Positions 26,020-36,990 of a stretch of 64,000 bases of DNA are shown piece after piece; the stretch's first letter is position 1, and the number at the start of each line of letters is the position of its first letter. The notes under the pieces are model-generated. The model saw only the letters and a program-made list of their open reading frames with translations. It was not told the DNA's origin and made no database searches. Origin of the DNA: the human T2T-CHM13v2.0 reference genome, Homo sapiens. Location of the stretch: assembly GCF_009914755.1 (NCBI RefSeq), contig NC_060939.1; one strand, given 5' to 3'. The position numbers and the translations under genes were made by a program.

Positions 26020-28720
26020 GTACGCATCTGAGTGAAGCCCACCTTTCAGTCTTTGAAGGGACTCAGCCCTTTGTACTATATCCCCTTTTTAGGACGGCTA
26101 CATTCCATCTTGAGATTGTTTCAAGTGCACGAGATGCATCCTTGTGTAATTTTCCGAATGATATCTTGGAAGTGTGGGCTACTGAGATGTGGTTGCACTA
26201 GGTTGGCGCGGACATCACTCCCATTGTGTGTTCCTTTATGTAGATGTTTTGAGATCAGATAAACCAAGGCCTTGGGGAATATCATCATCCTGTAAGTGTC
26301 AGTTTTCCAGGGGGAGTTGGACTCTCTTTTCTCAAACCCCTGGCTCAGGCACGTTTGGGATCTTATTCAGTGTAATGAGGTTTAAAATCTAGTAATTCCA
26401 AATGGAGTATTCATGTCCCAGAACCTGTGCCTCCCAAGCAGCTCATTTTGCAGCTTTGCCAGCTGCCTGGTTACCTCTGGTTATGAATTATCTCTCTGGT
26501 GTTGGGGCAGTGCATGATGGAGGCCTGGGCAGGCAAGGCAATTGCCTCTCCTAGGGCCAGAATTTCGTTTGGGTGTTTAATGTCTGTATTTTCTGATTTG
26601 AAGCGGCCTCCTCTATGTTTCCAAAACACCCAATGGGTGTGCATTACCAGGAATGCATGTATGGAATGAGAATCCCTTTTCCTGGGACAGTTCTAAAGAC
26701 TCAAGTAAGAGCAATTAACTCAGCTCTTTGTGCGGAGGTAGCTGCAGGAAGTGTATGGACTTCTGTTATCCTTTTGATAGTCATGGTGGCACATCCGGCT
26801 CTGTGCACATCTTTCATTAAGCTGCTCCCATCAGTGTAGTTCAAGTCCAGAGCACTCATTGTCTAGTTTGACAGGTTCAGCATGCTTGAATAAGCTGCAT
26901 CAAGGATTTACAGTCATGCTTTAACCCAGGATTGTGTTCACTAGCTGAGAGCAGTGTGGCAGGGTTTAGAGCCATGGTGGTTTGTAGGGTGATATTTGGA
27001 TCATATGAGGATGGCCTGGTATCTGCCCACTCACCCCACAGTGAGCCAGTAGCCTCCCGTTTGTTCTAGCAGAGTCAGCACCTGATGGGGCACAAACACG
27101 GTAACTGGCTGTCCCAGAGTAAATTGTTCTACTTCCTGTAGGACTTCACAGTGGGTGATTTTGCCCAGAGGCAGGGGGGCCATTCCTTAAGCTTTGGCCT
27201 AATTGTTTATAGAAACAGGATTGTGCGGCATCTCCCAGCATTTGGATTAGCACACCCAGACCTATGCTTTGTTTCTCTTGGATATAGAATTTGAACAGCT
27301 TTTGGGAATTTGGTATCCCAGTATGGGGGCTGATATCAGCTTTTCTTTGATGGTATAAAATGTTTGTTGACCTTTAGATGTCCAGAAAAGGGCCTCTGAG
27401 TCTAGTCCGTGTAGGGACTCATAAAGGGTTTTAGTCATTAGTCCAAACTTAGGAATCCGAATCTGGCAGAAGCTAACCCTTTCTAAGAATCCCCACGGTT
27501 GCCCCCATTCTCTGGGGATTTATGGCTGCTATTGCCTGTTTTTTTAACCAGACCAGGCTCCTTTGGCCTTGCTTTAACCTAAAGCCAAGACAGGTTACTT
27601 TCTACTTACATATTTGGGGCTTCTTGGGAATACTTTGTATCCATATTGTACCAGGTGATTTAGAACTAAGATGAGGTCAGCTAAGCATTTCCTATAGTTG
27701 TGGCTGGCTATTAATTATCTATGTGTGGTAGCCAGGCTTCTTAATCTTGTTGTAGGTCTCCTAAGTCTTTTGCCAGTATTTCCCCAAAAATTGTTGGTGC
27801 GTTTTTTAACACATTGAGGCCTCACTGTCCAACAGTATTGAAAGGTTGTTTTAGTCTCTCGGTCCTGTCATTAAAAAAATAATAATAATTGCTGGGTATT
27901 TTTTTCAATTGTAATGCAGAAAAAAACATCTTTCAGATCTAGCACTGAAAAGCATTCATAATATCTATATATAGCAGTCAGTAGAGTGTATGGGTTAGGC
28001 ACCATTGGGTGAATATCCAAAACTATTTTATTAACGGCTCTCAGGTCTTGGGCAAATTGATATTTGTAGAAGTGTAGCTTCCTTACAGGCACGATAGGGC
28101 TATTATATGGGGATCTGCAAGGATGAATCAGTCTACTTCTCAAATTTTTGAAAGACAGGCTGTATTCCTTCTAAGGCTTCCTTTATTAATGTATACTGAT
28201 TTTTTATTCGCCTCCTCCCCGCCGCCCAGGTCACAGTAGCCCCTTCTATTTTTTCTATATGCACTCACTGTGTATTTCTTGTTTTTCCTGGGATTCCGTC
28301 TGCCTATTCACAATTACACACTCTTTCATAGACTTCTGAGGGAGAATTCTTCTTTCTTATTAAGGCAAGTGAATAACATCTTAGTTGCAGTGCTTTCTCT
28401 AGCAGGACCTGCAGCTGTGGTTGTTTCACTGGGGAGAAATTACTTGAGTATTTAATTTGCATAATAGGTCTTTTCCCAGCAAGGGAATTGGGCATTCTGG
28501 CATATAGAAATAGCAGTGCCTTAGGTCCAAACTTTCTAGTTTGCATTCTAAAGGTTGTAGGAAAGCCTTTTGTTGCATTATTCTTGCAACTCCTATCACA
28601 GGTACAATCATTTTGGTGCTTTTTGCTCATAAAGTGTTAAAACTGAATAGTTTGCCCAGTATCAACCAGGAAATCAATTAACTTTTTCCTCACTGTCAGT
28701 TGTATCCAGGGTTCCTGTGG
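26020..28720 (-). pseudogene. Defective ERV pro-pol (protease, RT, RNase H, N-terminal integrase only)
   Basis: FLVDTG at ~28655-28675; SPYNSPIVPVRK, QDLRAVNK and FSVLDLKD (ORF 27871-28143); YTDGSS at ~26821-26838; TSAQRAELIALT; integrase CxxC at ~26125-26138. The integrase catalytic core is deleted. Confidence 0.9.
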
Positions 28721-28799
28721 GGAAATTTTAATTGTCTCTGAGTGATTAAGGAGAGCCCCCAGGCATCACTGTCCGTGGTCAGAGCAGTGACCCTGCTCC

Positions 28800-30135
28800 A
28801 TTATTTGACTGTGAGCTTCTTCCTCATCGTATTCCTCCTTTTTCTGGCCCCTTGGTCCTTTCTTTTGGGACAGTCATCCTTTCAGTGGCCTTTCTCCTTA
28901 CACTAGGCACACTGGCTGTGTTCCAGAGGCTTGCCTCGATTTTTCTGATGCAGAGGCTTCCTTGTTCATTCCACGTTTATGGTTGAAACTTCTGTTTCTT
29001 TGTCTCTGGAGCAGGGAAGGGGTCATTCCTAGTGAGGCTTCCTGTTTTGGTACCCCTTTCCTGAGTCCAAACAGGAAGAATGTTTGTGAATATTCCAGAT
29101 GGGCCATGTCCCCTTATCAATTGGAGCCCCAATTAGGGTTTGCATCCAGAATGGTTCCTTCAGGTTTGGGGTATTTGGATTTGTTTCATGGAGACGCCAA
29201 GACTCTGGATCTTCTTTGGTCTGCAGCCAGAAGCATATTTAGGAGAGACTACACATCTGCTCAGGTACACGGGTGGGTAGCACTGATAGACACATAGAGA
29301 GCAGTCATTTTCTGGGGATCCATTCTATAAAGTGGGGTGGAGTTTTTCCGTTTCACAAGTTAGATGTTGAAAATGGGCTGGATGTCCAGTAATGTCTGAC
29401 AGGTTGCCCACTCGCATCCAAGCCACCCATGGCCATCCTTATAAATGGGAATTCCCTTGCTCTGGCCATGGCACTTCCTTGCTAAATCGTGTACCCTGTT
29501 AAGCACTGGAGGGAGAGGCCGTCTCTGTTCTCTCATTGTACTGAGGCGGCAGAGTAGCTCCCTCTTATTGGTCTGATGCCTCACTTGGTAGCATCAAGGC
29601 AATCCGGTCCAACGCAGAGGCCAGTGCTAAGGGCCCCGTATGGCAGTACCGCAGTGGGAGCTGTTGAGGTGGAGCAGAGGCCAGGTGCGTTCTGGCTGTG
29701 GTGGTTGGAGCTGCTAAAACAGCTTGGGTGTAGGACATTTAAAAGTCCTAATTCTTCTTCATTGCTTTCTGCCTGAGTTTGGCTCTCTGGCTTGTGAAGA
29801 GCCTTTTTTCCATTCTGTCCTTTGGTACAGCTAGCAGCTGGCATCTTCCCTCATGGTATGAATCTTGATTTTTGAAAAGCATGAAGGCTTGAACATACAG
29901 TATTTTTTCTAATTTTCCAGACCTCTGACAAAATGAGTCTAACTGCATTAAAGACTAGTATTGGTTACGTCCCGTCAGAGGTCAAAATTTATAGCCTAAC
30001 TTGTCCACAGTCCAAACAGCACTGCAATAATAGACCATTTTTCTGTTAGTCATGGGCTCATAGCTATAGGCTCTACAGTTAGCTAGGGTATGCCCCAGGG
30101 GCTCCCAGGGGGGATAAAGACCTCGTTTCCCCTCC
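28800..30135 (-). pseudogene. Defective ERV gag (leader region extends to ~31450; 5' LTR missing)
   Basis: Matrix motif QLDSFCQRSGKLEKILYVQAF (ORF 29748-29948). Zinc knuckle CA*CKEKGH*KDDC at ~28870-28912. Confidence 0.85.
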
Positions 30136-31454
30136 TGACTTGGTTTCTATGTCCATACTGGTCATCCCTGTTGAAACAGTGATGACAACTTTTATTTGTT
30201 GTCTCTCTTCTGTTCTGCACTGCTCATATCCTTCAACCGGAGCTCTATGGGTAGGAAAGACTTTTCTAGCTTCTTATAAGCAGTGCAATTAGTACCACTC
30301 ATGGTCCTAAAAGGAACACTTGTGCAAATCTCACCACACAGCTGGGACAGCCAAAGAGACCAGAGAATAAACTAGTTGGGCAGGCTAGTGATTAGCACCA
30401 GCTAGCACAGCACTCCCCCACCACCGCCCCGCCCCCCACTGGCCCAGCCCACCAGCACATCAACTTCATCCCAAGTCCATGTTCTGCTGTCCTTAGTACC
30501 CTAGTAGAGGGTAACCGAATGGCGACAAATTAAATGGTAAATTAGGCAGATAAAAAGGGCAGAGGGGTTGGAGTCAGGACTGCCTAAATACTTATCCCAT
30601 ATGCTGTTAAGCTTTTTTTCACATAAACAACATTAAGCACCATAAGCATGGTGGCAAGCCCTTTAGATAACCTACGGAATAGTTCACATCCTTCCTTTCC
30701 CCATAAAAACTGGCACAGTTGTGAGAAGTACTCCAGGGCCCTAAAAAGAGTGACCCTGCTAGGGCAGTGGAGGCTGTTTCCCTCCAGGGCCGGATCCTGG
30801 ATGGAGTGGGGCTTATGCAGATCACCCTGCAGAGGAAAGAAGGAGGAGGAGAGAGAGACAGAGATGAGGGCCTAAATGTAGATATTGTACACTTTTACAG
30901 TTGCAGATTCAGACTGCACAGTCCCAGACAGATCCCCATTAAAGGGCTGGGTAAACGTCCTGAAACCTCCTCTCAATTTCAGATGCCCTCCCGCCAATCA
31001 GCTGACTCCAAGTGGAGCAAAGCCTAGGTCTTGACATAGATACACATACGATACACACCCAGATGATGTCACAAGCAGCTATATGTAAACAGAGCAGAGC
31101 TCAGGTGACATCGCAGAACAGGCAGAGGCAGTTCAGGGGGTATTCTGGTTGCCTTCCCCAGCTCTGAAGTCTGTCCGCCTCTTCAGATGTCACTTGCCCT
31201 GTGGTAAGGAAGTGTAGTTGGCAGCTGGTGCAGTGGCAAGAAGAGAAAGGAAGTTCCCCAAGACAGAAACATCTCGGCAGGTAAAGAGAAATTCCCTAGA
31301 GCCCCAATCATGGGATCACCTAGTTGGAAGCAGGTGGCATTCCTGGGTAGTTTCTTTCCCTTCCAGTGGGCAGAGCAGTTAAGCCTTGGTGTGCTTGTGT
31401 GTCTGATTGCCCCATTCATCGGAAACCAGACTGATGGTTTCAGTAACTCTGAGT

Positions 31455-32290
31455 AGGTTCTTCCCCTCTATGTGTCCATGTGTTCTCATCATTTAGCTTC
31501 CACTTATAAGAGAACATGGAGGTATTTGGTTTTCTGTTCCTGTGTTAGCTTGCTAAGAATAATGGACTGCAGCTCCATTCATGTCCCTGCAAAGGACATC
31601 ATCTGGTTCTTCTTTATAGCTGCGTTGTATTCCATGGTGTATATGTGCCACATTTTCTTTATACAGTCTATGGTTGATGGACAATTTAGATTGATTCCAT
31701 GTTTTTGCTATTGTGAATAGTGCTGCAGTGAACATATGTGTTCATGTGTCTTTATAACAGAATGATTTATATTCCTTTGGATATATACTTAGAAATGGGA
31801 TTGTTGGGTCAAATGGAAGTTCTATCTTTAGGTCTTTTAGGAATCACCACACTGTCTTCCACAATGGCTAAACTAATTTACACTGCCACCAACAGTGTAT
31901 AAGTGTTCCTTTTTCTCCACAATCTTGCCAGACTCTGTTGTTTGTTTGATTATTTGTTATTTGTTATTTTTTGACTTTTTAATATAGCCATTCTGACTGG
32001 TGTTAGATGGTATTTCATTTTGGTTTTGATTTGCATCACTCTAATAATGAGTGATGTTGAGAAGATTCAAATAAATGCAATCAGAAACAACAAGGGTGAT
32101 ATTACCACCGACCCCACAGAAATATAAACAACCATCAGAGAATATTATGAACACCTCCATGGACATAAACTAGAAAATCTAGAAAGAATGAAACATTCCT
32201 GCACAAATACACCCTCCCAAGACAACCAGGGAGGAACTGAATCCCTGAACAGACCAAGAATGGCTCTGAAATTGAGGCAGTAATAATTAG
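31455..32290. mobile_element. Primate L1 (L1PA/PB) fragment: antisense 3' region 31455-32060 joined to a sense ORF2 piece 32060-32290
   Basis: Antisense L1 3' region (MFTAALFTIAKTWNQ), then sense caaataaatgcaatcagaaac...gatattaccaccgaccccacagaaata. Confidence 0.85.
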
Positions 32291-32734
32291 TCTCAGTGAC
32301 AAATTTTAAAATGCCACTTAGAAAATGTACACATAATTTTGCTCTATTCAGCAAATATATTTGTAACAATCACTTTTAGGAAGGGTGTTAAAATATTTTA
32401 TTATTTTTTCTCATTTAGCTTAATATTTTAAAAATATTTTTCTTCTAGCAACTATTTATATCTCCATTTTCATTGACATAGTCAATAATTTACCCACCTT
32501 TCTATTAAATAATAGTGGATCAACTGATGTGTATTATTTTATACCGAACTTTGGCACTCTTGACATAATTCATATATGAATAGTCATCCAAATCTCTTGG
32601 CCAGTGAAGATGAGATTCGTCCGCCAAGGTTGAACAGGAATTTTCTCACCTAAAAGCGGCAAGCAATACAAAAGCAAGAACATGGTAGATGAAATTCAGG
32701 AGTCCCACAAGCAGATGAGGATTTATTTAGGGCC

Positions 32735-33335
32735 TGAGAAGGTGCAGGGACCCCTCATGGGGGCCTGTGTACCACCCCAAGCATGGATATAAAGGAAAAT
32801 CTTGAGTCCCTTCACAGAATTTCCAGGCACCTCTCTACCTCTGAGAAGTACACGAGCCACTTGAGAAGCAAGAAGGTAAAACAGTAGCAAGGAATGGAGA
32901 GTCATGGGAATATGGGGTTCCCTATGGAAACTAAAAATCAAAGCTTAGCATATGTCCCTGAGTTGTTGTTCAGAAAGCTGCCCCTCTACCAAATGGATCC
33001 ACTGGCACATAGACCTCAGATAAAGGGGATCTATGAAATGAACTCTGCCATTCTTTATTCTCAATTTCTTCCTGAGGGGCCTATGGGATGTTATGTCTAT
33101 GAGCCAGAAGTACCATTATTCTCTGCTGATCCCAAATTTTCTGACAAATTTTACTTTCTTAAATAAATCACAAATCAGAAAATCTTTGAATCCTCCTATG
33201 ACCTGTAAGCTTCCACTTCAAGATACTTCATCCTTTTAGGCTAAAGCCAATGTGTAACCTCAATGTATTAATTTATGACTGTGTATCACCCCTGCCTCTT
33301 TGTCTTTAAAATCCCTGACCTGTAAGCTGTCTGGT
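32735..33335 (+). mobile_element. MER39-like LTR, 3'-truncated
   Basis: TGAGAAGGTGCAGGGACCCC...AAAGGAAAATCTTGAGTCCCTTCA, the same family as 217-989. Confidence 0.7.
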
Positions 33336-33344
33336 AGTTTTAGT

Positions 33345-33800
33345 CTTTATTTTATTTTATTATTTTATTTTATTTTTGGGACAGAGTTTTGCTCTTGTAG
33401 CCAAGGCTGGAGTGCAGTGACTCCATCTCAGCTCACTGCAACCTCTGCCTCCCGAGTTCAAGCGATTCTCCTGCCTCAGCCTCCTGAGTAGCCAGGATTA
33501 CAGGCAGGTGCCACCATGCCCAGCTAATTTTTGTATTTTTAGTAGAGATGGGATTTCCCCACGTTGGCCAGGTTCGTCTCGAACTCCTGACCTCAAATGA
33601 TCCGCCCTCCTCGGCCTCCCATAGTGCCGGGATTACAGGTGTAAGCCACCATGCCCGGCTAATTTTTAATTTTTTTTTTTAGTGGAGAGGAGGTCTGTCT
33701 TTGTTGCCCAGGCTGATCTAGAACTCCTGGCCTTAAGCAATCCACCCTCCTTAGTCTCCCAAAGCGTAGGAATTGCAAGCGTGATCCATTGTGCCTGGCC
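33345..33800 (-). mobile_element. AluSp/Sq (33345-33660) adjacent to an older Alu left arm/FLAM (33661-33800)
   Basis: The full Alu has GAGTTTTGCTCTTG and CCGCCCTCCTCGGCC. It is followed by a second T-run and a J-type left arm. Confidence 0.88.
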
Positions 33801-33804
33801 CAGG

Positions 33805-35447
33805 GCCTGTTCTTTTAATCACTGAGCTGCTCTACAATGAGGTGAAAGAAGTTCAGACCTGCATGCCTTGCACCTACAGCAATCCTTTCAGCTGTACCTT
33901 CAATAAGGCTGTGGATATACAACTTTAGAACGTTGCCATTGACTCTGAAATCTCTACGTCCTTGTGAATCTTAGGCAGTCTCCCAACACCACTACCCACT
34001 TTATGTATTTAGTATCTTAGACAGCAGCCAATGTTGTTGAAAACCTAGAGAGGCAGCCCTGGCTCCGTCCTGCCCTGCTGTAGATGATCCTGTGAAAAGG
34101 GTCCCCCTCCAGACCATGCCCAACAAAGGCAGGTTCACAGGGGAGCCTCTGAGCTCAGAGCCTCTCTGGGGGCTCTGCATGCACAAGGACAGCATGTCCC
34201 TGCCTTGGTTGTGGGGTGAGGTAGGGAATTCGAGTCTTTTTAAAAAGGCTGAGTTTGTTCAAAAATGATTCTGCTTGCTGACCAATGACACCTTAAGACT
34301 TTAGATTTTACATCGTGATATTTCTCCTTGATTTTGATTTAGTTTGTTGTGCAAATGTCTTAAATGCTTGTGTATAAATATTCTCTTTTTTTGGTCATAT
34401 AAACATCATCTACAACCAAATATTTATTTTTGTATCATAGATTTAAGGCCTTTATTTCTCTATTTTAAAAATGCATTCATAAATATTTTTCAGTGAACCA
34501 TATCAATTATTTTCATCTTTACTCCTATTTCTCTTTCAAAAATTGAATGTTAATATCACTTTTATGGGAAGCGACAGAAGTTACACATTTCTGTTTTATG
34601 ATTTTCCAGAAATTTCCTCCTAAATAGTTCTGGTTAAAAAGAAGGACAGAAACTATTCTATAAGCCACAAGGCAAAATTGTCCCACATTAAAAAGATCTT
34701 CTTATGCTTAAAAAGATCTGTCAAACTTTCTATTCTATGGCTTAGTTTGCTGTACCTGTGAAAGGTTAACAAGGTATTGATTTGTGTGGCAGGAAAGTTA
34801 GACTTCACATCTGAATGCAAGGAGCAACCTCTTCTTAACCGTGCAGGTGTGAACTTCATGATGTTGTTTCATTTTCTCCTTGTACAAAAGATGTAGACAT
34901 TGACTGGACTCCATAATTCCTTCCACCTCACCTCGGTGTACGTGTACATGACAGTTCTCTGTACGGATCACCCATTCTATTAGATATGAATTATTTTCTT
35001 ATTTTTGATGAGTGATGATTAAACTCGTTTTTAGTTCCCAGTGATATAAAAAAATACCAGTTAGGAAATGTGCTGTGATCAGAAAATATTTTTGTGTTAT
35101 TAGCTTACAAAAAGGAATTTCAGTATTTTATTTATTATCATTTTCATCGGGTTTAATAGTGTCAAAAGGTTTTCATGCTTGTGAATTTTTTAGATTTTAC
35201 TTTTGTTGTCTTAGTCAAAACTTAGACAAAGATTGGAGACATTTGTTCAAGATGTATGAGACATGAGCAATCAACACAGCAAAACACTGGTATTTCATGG
35301 GAATATGTAATAATAGATGGGCACTTGCCCTGCTAGGTATGGCAGCAGTCAGGGTCTGTGGGCTTCAGTGCTGTACACAGAATTGACAGATCCTGCTGTA
35401 AGGAAAAAAGTGCCCCTCATCTGTCGTATTACAGCCTGGCACCATTT
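33805..35447. repeat. Low-copy non-TE module U (paralogous to 44515-46200; its 3' end is paralogous to 61820-62055)
   Basis: Shared blocks TGCTGTAGATGAT, AAAGGCAGG, GGGAGCCTCTGAGCTCAGA.CCTCTCTG, TCTGCATGCACAAGG and CTGACCAATG occur in the same order. Confidence 0.85.
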
Positions 35448-36990
35448 TGTTACGAAACCCAGGTTTGGCCATGGCCACTTCCAAAATCAAGTAACAGAAG
35501 GGTAGTAAAAAGAAAGTCACTCGCCGGGCGCGGTGGCTCACACCTGTAATCCCAGCACTTTGGGAGGCCGAGGCCGGATGATCACCTGAGGTCAGGAGTT
35601 CAAGACCAGCCTGGCCAACATGGCGAAACCCTGTCTCTACTAAAAATACAAAAATTAGCCGGGCACCGTGGCGTGTGCCTGTAATCCCAGCTACTGGGGG
35701 ACAGAGCGAGACTCTGTCTCCAAAAAAAAAAAAAAAAAAAGAAAGTCACTTTATTTCCAGAGCTTAGCAATGTGGAAGGGCTGGATTCGTATCTAAAGGA
35801 ACCATATAAGTTTTCTGGGCAGAAAACAGGGTTTTAAGAAGAAATATTGGAAGTAGGCCATGCAGAAGGGGTGTGGAGGTGTAGGATCTACATGACTCGA
35901 TGGATGACTTATCTCTAGTCTTGGGTCATTCGTTAGCCTGCCCAGCATCACTGGGGACAGAGTCAGGTTGAGAATTAACTGATGTATTGAGACAATCTCT
36001 CTATGGAGGAGAATTCTGGTGGATGCTTACTTTGGTTCAAGATTTGGTAATTTCTAAACAAACATATACTTAGCTAAGCTGACAGTGCTTGCTGGTGGTT
36101 TGGCTGGTGGAAAGGAGGGAAAAGTTTGAATTTTCATTTCTAAGGAGCTAAGTAAGACATGAACACACAGGAAAAAGAAAAAGTAAATGTTTTTTAAGGA
36201 AAATGAAGTACTTGGTTACAACACCCCACTGTCAAATTCTACTTTATTTTTATTCAATTGGAGCATCATATTCATTTGGTCTGCTTTCTACTGAAAGGGG
36301 GCATAGTTATAGAGCATTAGAATGGAATCTGTTTACCTGGAGTTGGAAATATTCTTGAGTTTTCAGCAGGAACTTACTGTGCATGTATGATGTGAGGATC
36401 CACGAATTTCTGAGAATGATTTCCTGCATCTCCATGCAGCATGTACAACAGCAATAAAATTCATAGTAGCTGAAGAGGGCATTTAACAGTGTTAATAATA
36501 TATATAAAAGTATTTCATGCACCAGGAAGCCGACTAAATCATGATGCCATAGAGTCCTGAGAGAGGGCATCTATAGCAGAAATATGGGTATCTACATGCA
36601 TAGCTTGGGTTATATTGTGAGAATAATTTGGTGTATGTGTGTGCGTGTGTGTGTGTATGTGTGTAAAATGGTCAGCCTTAATGAATGCACAAGTGCCACC
36701 CTGGGCTGCAGTGAAGATATCTAAAGCCATATGATTTAAAGACATCATGAGATTAGAGATAGGATTAGTTTGCTTGTGCATGTCTTTTAGGGCTGAGAAT
36801 ATGTTTCTGGAGTTATCCAGGAAGTACACACAGCATTTAGTCTTTCAATTGAGTCCCCTGACATTTTGAAATACCACCATATTTAAGATTTGAGCTTGTT
36901 ATGTGGCTGATTCATTGGTTGCATTGTTGTTGAACATTTTGTCTTGTTTGATCACCACTAGATACTCCAGGCTAATTGTATTTAGTCCCT
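35448..36990 (-). mobile_element. MER66-like 3' LTR (35448-36220) plus an env TM remnant
   Basis: TGT...ACA termini with a PPT-like GTGGGGTGT on the minus strand. Env ISD LNHMALDIFTAAQGGTCAFIK (ORF 36539-36829). The insertion follows CCTGGCACCATTT, which is uninterrupted in the paralog at 62041. Confidence 0.8.
35523..35740 (+). mobile_element. AluS with an internal right-arm deletion, inside the LTR
   Basis: TSD AAGAAAGTCACT on both sides. The sequence jumps from CCCAGCTACT to GGGGGACAGAGCGAGAC. Confidence 0.9.

Noticed and set aside
25559-26035. 158-aa + strand ORF
   Set aside because: It is antisense to the decayed env, with no independent coding evidence.
35000-35060. GTGATGA box C-like motif suggesting a SNORD116/115-type snoRNA
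   Set aside because: No properly spaced CTGA box D or terminal stem, and no similarity to those snoRNA bodies.
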